Part shown: positions 53,357 through 64,000 of the stretch, one piece after another
Layout of the letters: every line of letters begins with the position of its first letter
How positions within the stretch are numbered: the first letter of the stretch is position 1
Source: an uncultured cyanobacterium
GTDB lineage: Bacteria > Cyanobacteriota > Cyanobacteriia > Cyanobacteriales > Microcystaceae
DNA length: 64,000 nt
Direction: 5' to 3'
NCBI GenBank assembly: GCA_963807635.1
Contig: CAWEDJ010000069.1
Span: 38,348 to 102,347 of the forward strand
Program-made: the position numbers and the translations under genes
Notes under the pieces: model-generated
The model's input: the letters and a program-made list of their open reading frames with translations, nothing else
Database searches by the model: none
Told to the model about the DNA's origin: nothing

Positions 53357-54417
53357 GTGCCAGCCATTCTTATTGTTGACGATAACGCAAGTAATTTAGA
53401 TACTATCGAAAGTATCTTTGCCCATGAAGATTTAGATTTATTCTACGCTTCTAGCGGCCTTCATGCTTTGGATTTATTAGAAACTCTAGCAATAGACACA
53501 ATTTTGTTGGATGTGATGATGCCAGACATGGATGGAGTTGAAGTTTGTCGTCACATTAAAACCAATCCCCAATGGTCTTGTATTCCCGTCATTATGGTGA
53601 CATCCCTGAATTCCAAGGAGGACTTGGCTTTTTGTTTGCAATCGGGAGCCGATGATTTTATCGAAAAACCCGTAAATGCCTTGGAATTAAGAGCCAGAGT
53701 GCGTTCGATGTTACGCATTAAAGAACAATACGACGACCTCCAAAATCTTTTACAAGCCCGTTCCGATGTGACTAATATGATCATTCGCGAACTACGGAAT
53801 CCTCTTACAACCATGATGTTAGCGAGTGCGGTTTTACAAAGAACCTCTTTAAGCGAGACCCAGCAAAAAAAAGTTGATCAGATTTATATCAGTGGAAAAC
53901 AGGCGATCGCGTCCATTGATACTCAGTTAATTATGTCTAAGATTGAACAGGTGTCCCTGACATTAGAATGTATTGATGTGAATTTGGTCACCATGCTCCA
54001 GCTAGTGGTTGAGGATTTTCAAGTTGTTATTGATAATTATGGGTTACAATTGGTGAAGGAGTTTCCCCAGGAATCCCGATTTATCAAAATCGATGAAAGT
54101 TTATTCAGACAAATTATCGAAAATTTGATTACCAATGCGATTAATTCGTCTAATACGGGGCAAACAATCACCATTCGCCTGGAATATCCCCTGGCAATAC
54201 AAGCTAGAATTAGTGTTATCGATGAAGGTCGGGGTTTAAAGGATGAGGCTAAACACGCTATCCTTAATCGCTTTGAAAAAAATGATCTGTTCGTCAATGT
54301 TCAAAACACTGGATTAGGATTCGGCCTTTTTGTAAATTAGCCACGGAAGCCCAGGGTGGGAAATTTGGGGTAACAGATAATCAGCCCCAGGGTTCTATTT
54401 TTACGGTAGAAATCTAG
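53357..54417 (+). CDS. REC-HisKA-HATPase hybrid protein lacking the phosphoacceptor His; frameshift near 54325
   Basis: Receiver with IVDD and LDVMMP; H-box reads IIRELRNPL; NLITNA, DEGRG and GLGFG; the shifted end reads ...GSIFTVEI*. Confidence 0.82.
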
Positions 54418-54479
54418 AATTGCCTAACTTTCTGTCCTATGCAGAGTTTTCCTTGCTCCCCCCTTGCTTCCCAGTAATC

Positions 54480-57400
54480 ATGCTAGATCTAGTGACAAAT
54501 CAACCCATTAATCTCGATAAAGCGATCGCCCGTGAACCCTTATTAACGGTTAGTTCTGATACTTCCTTGCCTGAAGTCATTGAACTATTTCATGGAGCAA
54601 GGGGAAAAGCCTGTGATTTAGTCAGCACCCCCAAGGAACTTCAGATTATTCCGACCTGTGTTTTTGTGGTGAACCAGGAAAAACTGATTGGTATTATCAC
54701 GGAACGGGATCTGGTGAAGCTGGTCGCCAAGGGCGTGACTATAACAGACACGAGTACGGTGGCGGAGATTATGAGTCATCCCGTCATTGCCCTACCCTAC
54801 GAAGACTTAAAAGATGTTTTTGAGGTCTTAGGTTTATTTCGAGTGCATGGATTTCGACACTTACCCATTTTAAATAAAGAGGGGTCTCCCATTGGGTGTA
54901 TTACTCACTCAACCCTACGGCAGGTTTTGCGTTCAGTGGATCTACTGAGATTGCGGGCTGTCAAAGAAGTTATGCACTCCAATGTCATTCATGCTCCTCC
55001 GACAACGCCAATTTTGGGGATTGCTCAATTAATGGCCCATCATCGGGTCAGTTGTATTGTCATTGCAGAAGCCCTGAGTTTACAGGCTCCTTCTGCCAAG
55101 GTTCACTATCATCCCCTGGGCATTATTACCGAACGAGATATTATCCAATTTCAGGCTTTAGGTCTAGATGTCCGACAAATAATGGCCGAAGAAGTCATGA
55201 GCTGTCCTTTAACGCTGATTTCTTCTAATGAAGCCTTAGATAATGCCTATGGCATCATGAAGGAAAAAAGGATTCAACGACTGGTGGTGACGGGGGAACA
55301 GGGAGAGTTGGCAGGAATTATCACCCAAAGTAGTGTTTTACAAATTCTCAATCCGTCAGATATGTATGGTTTGATTAATGTATTACAGGACAAGGTTACT
55401 CAACTAGAAACGGAAAAAATTCATCTTTTAGAAAGTCGTAATCATGAGCTAGAAAAACTGGTTGAAGAGAGAACGGCTAAACTAAAAACCCAAGCCCAAA
55501 CTGAACAGTTGAAATCTGAGCTGACATTAAAAATTCGGGATAGTAATCAATTATCAACGATCCTAGAAAACACCGTTGCCGAAATTCGGGACTTTATTCT
55601 CGTTGATCGCGTCCTGATTTATCGCTTTAATGGGGATCTGAGTGGCACAGTGGTAGCAGAGTCGGTGGGGGAAAGATGGACAGCTTCTATGGATCAAACG
55701 ATTAAAGATACTTGTTTGCAAGGAGGCTTAAATGTTCGTTATCATCGGGGTTGGTATTGGAAAGTAGAAGACATTGAGCAAGCGAGATTAACCGATTGTC
55801 ATCGAGAGTTATTAAGTCAATTTGAAGTAAAAGCGGCCCTTGTTATTCCTATTATTGTTTCCGAAATAGAGTCGGTCTCTTCTCTGCTGGTTGTTGATGA
55901 TCCCGTACTCGCCAATCTGCCTTCTTCCCAGGGTCAGGTTTGGGGGTTGCTAATTTTGCATCAGTGTGACCAAGGCCGGTGAGTGGCCGACGGAAACGAT
56001 CGCCTTACTGGAAACCTTAGTGGATCAACTCGCGATCGCCATTCGTCAGTCTTTAGCCCTAGAGATGGCCAATCAAGAAATTGCGAATAGACAACTGATC
56101 GACCAAAAATTACAGGAAGTCAACTCGAAATGGACTTCTTTTGTGGAAAATTCTCCTAATACGGTATATACCTTAAATCGAGAGGGCATTGTGCTTTCTG
56201 TGAATCATTGTTGTCAGGGAGAAACCTTTGAATCAGTTATTGGAACCTCTTTTTATGATCTTACTCCCAGCTATTTAAGAAAAAAAAGAAAAGAACAAAT
56301 TGAGAATGTTTTAGAGATAGGAATCGTTATCACCGATGATGGTGAAAGACCGAATCCAGATGGTTCTTTAAATTATTATCAAGTTCAGATTATTCCTGTT
56401 TGGCAATTCCGTAAAATTACGAAGATTTTAGTGGTTTTGATTGATGTGACTGAACGCCGAAAAGTAGAAGTTCAATTACATCAACTCAATGAAGAATTAG
56501 AAGACCGAGTTGAACAACGCACCGCAGAAGTTATTGAACGGGAAACTCAGTTACGGGACTTTTTTGATAATGCAACGGATTTGATTCAAAGTATTACCCC
56601 TGAAGGTAAATTTTTGTTTGTTAATCGGGCCTGGAAAGACACCTTGGGTTATAGCGATCAGGATTTAATGAATCTGACGATTAAAGACGTGATTCATCCC
56701 AGAAGCCTTAATCATTGTATGGAAATGATGCAATCGATTCTCGTTGGCCAAGAAGCGGAAAGTATTGAAGCAACCTTTGTCACTAAAGATGGCAGAGAAA
56801 TTATTGTTGAAGGTAATGTTAATTGTCGGGTGGAAAATGGAAGGGCGATCGCGACACGGGGAATTTTTCGAGATATTAGCGATCGCAAAAAAACGGAAAC
56901 CACTCTCAAGCGTCAAATTGCGGCGATCGAAGCGACGAGTGAGGGCATTGGCATCGTCAATGAAAATGATGAATATATTTATCTGAACAAAGCCCACTAT
57001 GAAATGTTTGGCTATGACAAAGCAGAAGATTTACTCGGAAAAACCTGGCGAGAAATTTATTATCCCGATGAAATTCAGCGCATTGAGCAGGAAGTGCTTC
57101 CTTTATTGTCACAAAATGGTCACTGGAAAGGGGAAGTGGTCGCTAAACGTCGGGACGGCTCGACTTTTGCGGAAGACATTGCCCTAACCCTGATTGATGG
57201 TGTGGGATTAATCTGTGTTGCCAGGGATATCAGCGATCGCAAAGAATCAGAAAAACAATTACAAAATAGCTACGAACAACTCGCCATCACCAATGCGGAA
57301 TTAGCCCGTGCAACCCGCCTCAAGGATGAATTTTTGGCGAACATGAGTCATGAACTCAGAACCCCCCTAAACTCAATTTTAGGCTTCTCTGAATCCTTAC

Positions 57401-58458
57401 AAGAAGGGGTTTTTGGAGAAATTTCAGAAAGACAACGAAAACCTCTCAGGACAATCGAAGCCAGTGGAGAGCATTTACTCTCACTGATTAATGATATTCT
57501 CGATCTTTCTAAAATTGAAGCAGGAAAACTAGACATGGCGAAAAACTCAATTTCCCTAGTTTCCCTCTGTGAATCCAGTCTCAATTTTATTCGACAACAG
57601 GCATTCAAAAAACGAATTAGTATTCAATTTAGTCCTCCCACTCAAATTAATGACTTTGTCGCTGATGAGCGTCGCCTGCGTCAGATTTTAATTAATTTAC
57701 TGAACAATGCGGTTAAATTTACGCCCAATGGAGGAGCGATCCGTTTAGAAGTGAGTCTCGATCTTTCTGTAGAGCAACCGATGCTCAATTTTATGATCAA
57801 AGACACTGGTATTGGGATTGCTAAAGAAGATTTACCCAAACTTTTTCAATCTTTTATGCAAATTGATAGCCGTTTAGCCCGTCGATACGAAGGAACGGGG
57901 TTAGGATTAGCCTTGGTGGAACGGTTAGCCAAATTACATGGAGGTCGTGTCAGCATTGAAAGTAAGGTGGGGGAAGGCAGTTGTTTTTCCGTGCATCTGC
58001 CCTATTATCCCGTGAGTGCGATCGCCGCTAATCCAACGATTTCTAGCACCACTGAAACGGAGGTCAATCAGTCTTCTTTTATCAAATCCGCTTTGATTTT
58101 ATTAGTAGAAGATAATCCCAATAATGCTCAAACGATCAGTGCCTATTTAGAACATAAAGGCTATAGTTTAATGTCGGCTAACAATGGACAAGAAGCCATA
58201 GAAGTGATTAATCAAAGGAAACCTGACTTGATTTTGATGGATGTGCAAATGCCTATCATGGACGGCTTCGAGGCAACTCGACAAATTAGAACAAATCCCG
58301 AATTTGCTGAAATTCCGATTATTGCTCTGACGGCGTTGGCCATGCCTGGTGATCGCGATCGATGTTTCGCGGCAGGGATGAATGATTACTTGAGTAAACC
58401 TATTCGGATGAGACAATTAACGATGATGATTGAACAAAATTTACCAAAAGAAAATTAA
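54480..58458 (+). CDS. Hybrid sensor kinase (4 CBS, CBCR-type GAF, 3 PAS, HisKA, HATPase, REC); frameshift near 55975
   Basis: CBS repeats GIITERD, GCIT and GIITQ; GAF with DRVLIYRF, DTCL and DCH; MSHELRTPLN; GTGLGL; LMDVQMP. Confidence 0.87.
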
Positions 58459-58461
58459 GAT

Positions 58462-61400
58462 TTGAGTAACAAGCTGTGGAGGATTATGATGTTGATTCGG
58501 CTGCGATCGCCCTGGCAAATCCTAATAATCATCCTGATAGCGGGAATCGGTCTTGAATTAGTCGCTCAACTGTGGGCGGAAATTTTATGGTTTCGGGAAT
58601 TGGGTTATTTATCCATTTTTCTGACGCGATTAGGTTGGCAATTGACCTTATTATCAGGATTTACCTCGCTTTCTCTTGTTTTTTGTTGGCGTAATCTAGC
58701 GATCGCCCAAAAGCTATCCCAGGCTCGGACTGAACTTAAAGCGACTGACCCCATTTTTACCCCAACGATTGAATCTCGATTCTTGCCCCTACCCGATTTT
58801 TCCCAAGCCCTCCGTCCTGCCAAAACCCCTGCCCTTAAACTTCCTTTGCTCTTGCCTTTGGTGATTGGCCTGAATGTGGTGATTGCAGTCATGGTCATTT
58901 ACTACAGCAAAGTCGCGATCGCCGATTGGACATCGGATTTTACTCTCCCCGACCTCACGCCCTCTGTTCCCTCTCCCTTTAATCTCAGTTTAATTCCCCG
59001 ATTTATCAAAAATTTTCAGCGATATTCTGGGTTCGCGATCGCCATATTTTGTCTTGTCCTTTCTTTAATTACTAAACCCCGTTTATCTCTCCGATTAATC
59101 TCTCTTTTGTTCAGTTTAATTTTAGGCACAATCATCACAGGAAACTGGACAAAAATCCTAAAATTTCTCTATCAAACTCCTTTTAATCAAACCGATCCTC
59201 AGTTTAATCATGACATGGGTTTCTATATCTTTAGTCTTCCTTTTTGGAAATTAATAGATGTTTGGTTAGGCGGTTTATTTTTATTTGGATTACTCTCGAT
59301 TTTAATTCTCTATCTCCAGGGAAATAATCACCTTTCCGAAGGCAAATTTCCAGGCTTTAATGTTCTTCAATTACGTCATCTTTGTCGTTTAGGGTCATGG
59401 ATGATGTTGGCGATCGCCCTACGCCATTGGATCAATCGTTATCAATTACTCTATTCTCCCCACGAAGTCGTTCATGGAGCCAATTATACCGATATTCATA
59501 TTCATCTACCCTTTGAAACAACCCTGATGTTCCTGAGTTTAGGAATCGCCCTTTGGTTAATGTATCAAGGCTTCTATGGATGGAAAAACAATCTTATTTC
59601 TGATCTACAAAAACGTAAAAAAAGATTACTATTATCCATCAATTTATTCCCCTTGTATTTGTACCTCACCTTAATTATTCTCAACTTTTGCCTAAGTATT
59701 GGTCTAGAATTACTCATCGTTGAACCCAATCAACTAAGTAAAGAATCTCCCTATATTAAACGCAGTATTACGGCGACCCGCGATGCTTTTAATTTATCAA
59801 AGATTCAACCCAAAACCCTCTCAGGAAAAGGAAAATTAACCCAATCCGATCTAGAAAATAATCGCTTAACTTTAAATAATATTCGTCTCTGGGATCCTAT
59901 TCCCCTACTTCAAACCAACCGTCAACTACAGCAAATTCGACTCTATTACAAATTTTCGGATGCGGATTTAGACCGCTATAGTATTCAAATCAAAACTCCT
60001 AATCAATCTATTGAAAAAACAAAACAACAAGTCCTCATTTCACCCAGAGAATTGGATTATAATGCTGTTCCTGCTGAAGCTAAAACCTGGGTCAATAAAC
60101 ATTTAGTCTATACGCATGGTTACGGTTTTACCCTTTCCCCCGTCAATTTAGCCGATGAAGGAGGACTTCCTTTTTATTTTGTGAAAGATATTGGAACCTC
60201 AACGGAAGAGTCAGCTTTAAGAACTTCTAGTGAGTTAATTCGTGCCAGCATTCCCATCGGAAAACCTCGTCTTTATTTTGGAGAATTAACAGACAATTAT
60301 ATTATGACCAATACGAAGGTCAAGGAATTTGATTTTCCCAGTGGTCAAGATAATGTTTATAACGTCTATGGTGGGACAGGGGGTATCACCTTAGGCAATG
60401 GATTAAATCGTTTATTATTTGCCATTTATCTCAGGGATTGGCAAATGATTTTTACCCGTAATTTTAATCCTGATACTCAGATTTTATTTCGTCGCAATAT
60501 TAACCTCCGCATTCGAGCATTGGCTCCTTTTTTGCGCTTTGATCGTGATCCCTATCTGGTAACGGCTGACACTGATCCGTCGGGACAAAATACCCTTTCC
60601 TGGATTATTGATGCCTATACCACAACCAATTATTATCCCTATTCTGATGGAGGCGATCGCAATTTTAATTATATTCGTAACTCAGTGAAAATTGTGATCG
60701 ATGCTTACAACGGTAATGTAGATTTTTATATTATGGATGAGCAAGATCCCATTATCCAAAGTTGGCGAAAAATTTTTCCGAATTTCTTTAAATCTTTTAG
60801 TGAAATACCCGACGTATTAAAAAGTCATATTCGTTATCCCGTTGATTTATTTAGTACCCAATCAGAAAGGCTATTAACCTATCACATGACTGATATTAAT
60901 GTCTTTTATAATCGAGAAGATCAATGGCAAATTCCCAAGGAAATCTATGGAGATCAACAAAAGCCTGTTGCACCCTATTATCTAATCATGAAACTAGCAG
61001 GAATAGCAAATAAATCCGAGGAATTTGTCCTTTCCCATGTCTATACTCCCAATGGTAGAAATAATTTAATTTCCCTCTTATTTGCCCGTTCTGACCAGGG
61101 AAATTATGGTAAATTGCTCCTCTATAAATTACCGAAAGAACAATTAGTTTATGGGCCAGAACAAATTGAAGCTTTAATTAATCAAGACCCTGTGATTTCT
61201 GAACGGATTACCCTCTGGAATCGAGAAGGTTCACGGGTAATTCAGGGAAATTTATTGGTGATTCCCATTGAGCAATCTTTGTTATACGTTGAACCCCTCT
61301 ATTTAGAAGCGGAAAAAAATAGCTTACCGACCTTAGCAAGGGTGGTTGTGGTTTATGAAAATCAAATTGCGATCTCGGAAACCTTAAATGGTGCTTTAGA

Positions 61401-61470
61401 GGCTATTTTTTCACCCTCAAAAACTCCTCCTACAACAATTTTACGGAAAGTCAATCCTGAAAGTAATTAA
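58462..61470 (+). CDS. UPF0182 family membrane protein
   Basis: WFRELGY, NIRLWD, HLVYTHGYG, WIIDAYTT, NYIRNSVK and YVEPLY. Confidence 0.9.
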   Translation: MSNKLWRIMMLIRLRSPWQILIIILIAGIGLELVAQLWAEILWFRELGYLSIFLTRLGWQLTLLSGFTSLSLVFCWRNLAIAQKLSQARTELKATDPIFTPTIESRFLPLPDFSQALRPAKTPALKLPLLLPLVIGLNVVIAVMVIYYSKVAIADWTSDFTLPDLTPSVPSPFNLSLIPRFIKNFQRYSGFAIAIFCLVLSLITKPRLSLRLISLLFSLILGTIITGNWTKILKFLYQTPFNQTDPQFNHDMGFYIFSLPFWKLIDVWLGGLFLFGLLSILILYLQGNNHLSEGKFPGFNVLQLRHLCRLGSWMMLAIALRHWINRYQLLYSPHEVVHGANYTDIHIHLPFETTLMFLSLGIALWLMYQGFYGWKNNLISDLQKRKKRLLLSINLFPLYLYLTLIILNFCLSIGLELLIVEPNQLSKESPYIKRSITATRDAFNLSKIQPKTLSGKGKLTQSDLENNRLTLNNIRLWDPIPLLQTNRQLQQIRLYYKFSDADLDRYSIQIKTPNQSIEKTKQQVLISPRELDYNAVPAEAKTWVNKHLVYTHGYGFTLSPVNLADEGGLPFYFVKDIGTSTEESALRTSSELIRASIPIGKPRLYFGELTDNYIMTNTKVKEFDFPSGQDNVYNVYGGTGGITLGNGLNRLLFAIYLRDWQMIFTRNFNPDTQILFRRNINLRIRALAPFLRFDRDPYLVTADTDPSGQNTLSWIIDAYTTTNYYPYSDGGDRNFNYIRNSVKIVIDAYNGNVDFYIMDEQDPIIQSWRKIFPNFFKSFSEIPDVLKSHIRYPVDLFSTQSERLLTYHMTDINVFYNREDQWQIPKEIYGDQQKPVAPYYLIMKLAGIANKSEEFVLSHVYTPNGRNNLISLLFARSDQGNYGKLLLYKLPKEQLVYGPEQIEALINQDPVISERITLWNREGSRVIQGNLLVIPIEQSLLYVEPLYLEAEKNSLPTLARVVVVYENQIAISETLNGALEAIFSPSKTPPTTILRKVNPESN

Positions 61471-61636
61471 CTTTGAAAACCTGATCATAGCCAAGTTCTG
61501 AGCCAATTTACTTATCCCAGGTCGCTTTCATGGAGGTTTCCTGAGAAGTTGGAATAAAAATGAAGGTTTTGATGATCATAATTGATGGTTGATCGGGAAA
61601 ACTAAATAAAGTAGAAAAAATCGGGATTTCTTCTGG

Positions 61637-61730
61637 TAAGCTGTCACGAATTTAGACTGTTTCGCTGAAAGTCTTGTAACAAGAGGCTTAAGCCCCTTGC
61701 CTGTAGCTTTTTAGATAATGAACAGCTTAT
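61637..61730. mobile_element. MITE-like element, copy 2, inverted relative to 31011-31114
   Basis: TAAGCTGT...ACAGCTTA ends with an internal CAAGAGGCTTAAGCCCCTTG. Confidence 0.68.
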
Positions 61731-61955
61731 CACTCTAAAATCTGCTGATCCTAGTCAATCATTGCTCTCTTTAGAGATCTTTAACTGCGCGAATCGCATC
61801 AAAGAGTCCCAAAGAGTTACAAAAAACTTAACTCAACTGCAATTCGATGACAATTTTCGCTATTATAGGTAAAGACCGTAAATTCTTGTCGTAATTTTAC
61901 CCATTATCTAGAAATAATTAGAATGAATCAATAGCGAAGGAAAAATCGCTTAAAA

Positions 61956-64000
61956 ATGGCAAAAAAAATCTTATTTACCCCAAAAATTCTCAAGAATATT
62001 CCCCTGGGATGGGTGCTGGTTATTCCCTTTGTGCTACAAATCGTTGGTGCTGTCGGATTAGTCGGCTATTTATCCTATCGTAGTTGCCAAAAATCGACCG
62101 AAGAGATGGCCAATCGTCTCATGGTAGAAGTGGGTGATCGCGTTGATCAACATTTAGATAGTTATTTGGGGGAATGCCCAGAAGATTAACTACCTGAACC
62201 TAGATGCTGTGAAGGCAGGAATTTTAGACCTGAAGGATTTTAAAGCGTTGGGGAAATATTTTTATCATCAGGGGCGTTCCTTTGATTTTGCCTACGTCAA
62301 TTTTGGTAGTAAAGCAGGGGGATTTATCGGATCAGGGAATAGTGAGAATAATGACCTAGAAATTGGCGAAATTTCTCCCTCTAATCCCGATATATTTAGA
62401 TATTATGCCGTGAATCAAGCAGGCGATCGCGGAAAATTATTAGGAACCATCAAAAATTCCCAAACCAACAATCGAGCTTGGTATTTAGATGCCGTCAAAG
62501 CGGGTAAACCGATCTGGAGTGAAATTTATACCTGGGCGATCTACCCGATCACATTAGTCTTTCTGCTAGTACACCTGTTTATGACGCACAAAAAAATTTG
62601 CTGGGTGTTCTGGGTATTGATTTAGAATTGTCGCAAATTAGTCGTTTTTTAAGAGATTTAAAAAGTAGTAAATCGGGTATAATTTTCATCGTTGATCGCA
62701 CAGGATTAATGGTAGCGAGTTCAGACAATAAATCCCCCGCTCCCGTTGTTAATGGCAAAGCCCAACGATTAGCCGCAATCAATAGCAATACCCCCTTAAT
62801 TCGTGATGTCATGCGTGATTTAATGGATCGATTTGGGGATTTACAATCCATTAAAAATTCTCAATTTCTGCGTCCGTCTCTACCCCAAAATCCCTTTGTG
62901 AAAGTTACTCCCTACCGACAGGGCAATGGTTTAGATTGGTTGGTGGTGACAGTGATTCCTGAATCGGAATTTCTGGGGGATATTCAAGCTAATACCAATC
63001 GGACGTTGCTTCTGTGTGGAATAACCCTTGTAGTCGCGATCGCCAGTGGATTAGGGACAACTCGTTTAATTGTCCGCCCCATTCGACGGTTAAGTGAAGC
63101 GAGTTCCGCCCTCGCCCAAGGGGAATGGCAAGAAAATTTATCGGAAGAAAACGCGATTGCCGAAGTGCAAACCCTTTCTATTTCCTTTAATCAAATGGCG
63201 ACCCAAATCCGTCAATCTTTTGCCCAAGTAGAAGGCGAATTACAAGGTTCACGGGAAATGTATGAACAGATGTATCGCAAAGTGGTGCAGACCCAAACGG
63301 ATTTTATTTTGCGATCACAACCTGATACGACCATTCTCTTTGCCAATCCCGCCCTCTGTAAAGCCCTAGGGACTTCTTTGGAACAGGTTATTGGACAAAA
63401 ATGGATTGACTTTGCTGATCCTGGGGATCTAGAAACTATACTCCAGCAAATATCACAGTTAAGCCCAGAAAATCCTAGTTTTATCGCTGAAAATAGAGAC
63501 CGACGCGCTAATGGACAAATTGGGTGGACACAATGGATTAATCAAGGGTTGTTTAATGAAGAAAGTCAACTAATCGAAATTCAGTCCGTTGGTAGGGATA
63601 TTACGGAACTCAAACAAAGTGAAACACAACTCCGCGAAAATAAACGCTTTATTGAAAAAATTACAGAAGCCACGCCCACCCTACTTTATATTTACGATCA
63701 CACTGGCCAACAAAAATATCTATGCCAATCGTTCTGTTGCCGAAATTTTGGGTTATTCCTGCACAGAAATTCAAGCAATGGGATCTGATCTCTTCAGCAC
63801 GATTTGTCATCCCGAAGATTTGCCTAAGCTTTACGGCGCAATCCAAAAAATTCGTAGTCTCGAAACCGATGAAATTATTGAAACAGAATATCGCGTTAGG
63901 GATGTCCAGGGCCAATGGCATTGGCTAATGAGTAGAGACTTGGTTTTTTCTCGCACGGAAGATGGTCGGGTTTGGCAAACCCTGGGAACGTCCCAGGATA
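61956..64000 (+). CDS. Cache-HAMP-PAS membrane sensor; frameshifts near 62175, 62535 and 63710; runs off the right edge
   Basis: TM LVIPFVLQIVGAVGLVGYLSY; Cache motifs WYLDA..AGKPIWS and GLDWLVVTVIPE; HAMP SFNQM; PAS segments. Confidence 0.8.

Noticed and set aside
1..64000. Very frequent GCGATCGC palindromes as a novel repeat system
   Set aside because: This is the well-known cyanobacterial HIP1 octamer; it is useful only as a taxonomic marker.
1..64000. CRISPR array, rRNA, tRNA, prophage or reverse transcriptase
   Set aside because: I saw no repeat-spacer periodicity, no tRNA or rRNA signature, no phage genes and no RT motif.

Overview
Chromosomal window from a cyanobacterium, shown by very frequent HIP1 octamers (GCGATCGC) and photosynthesis genes (psaD, apcD, two hli genes, lilA, ndhD2) that resemble Synechocystis-type orthologues. 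It holds housekeeping genes (bioD, prs, aroH, trxC, trpE, moaC, mazG), a pixGHIJ1J2L-cheW phototaxis cluster with a DXCF cyanobacteriochrome, several two-component systems, and two STAND-class NTPases (a NACHT protein and a caspase-like/NTPase/pentapeptide protein). A three-level nested IS stack (IS5 inside IS1 inside IS4) interrupts a PEP-CTERM gene, which I could rebuild in frame from the target duplications. The most unusual signal is a run of 50 consecutive NNC/NNT codons in the C-terminal part of the NACHT gene, which looks like a diversified cassette. Non-coding features include a probable PsrR1-like sRNA, four HLR1 (RpaB) boxes, two copies of a ~100 bp MITE and two 21-nt HIP1-flanked mini-insertions. 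About 15 single-base frameshifts, some in normally essential genes (prs, trpE), most likely reflect assembly errors. All calls come from reading the sequence and recalling protein families; no database searches were run.
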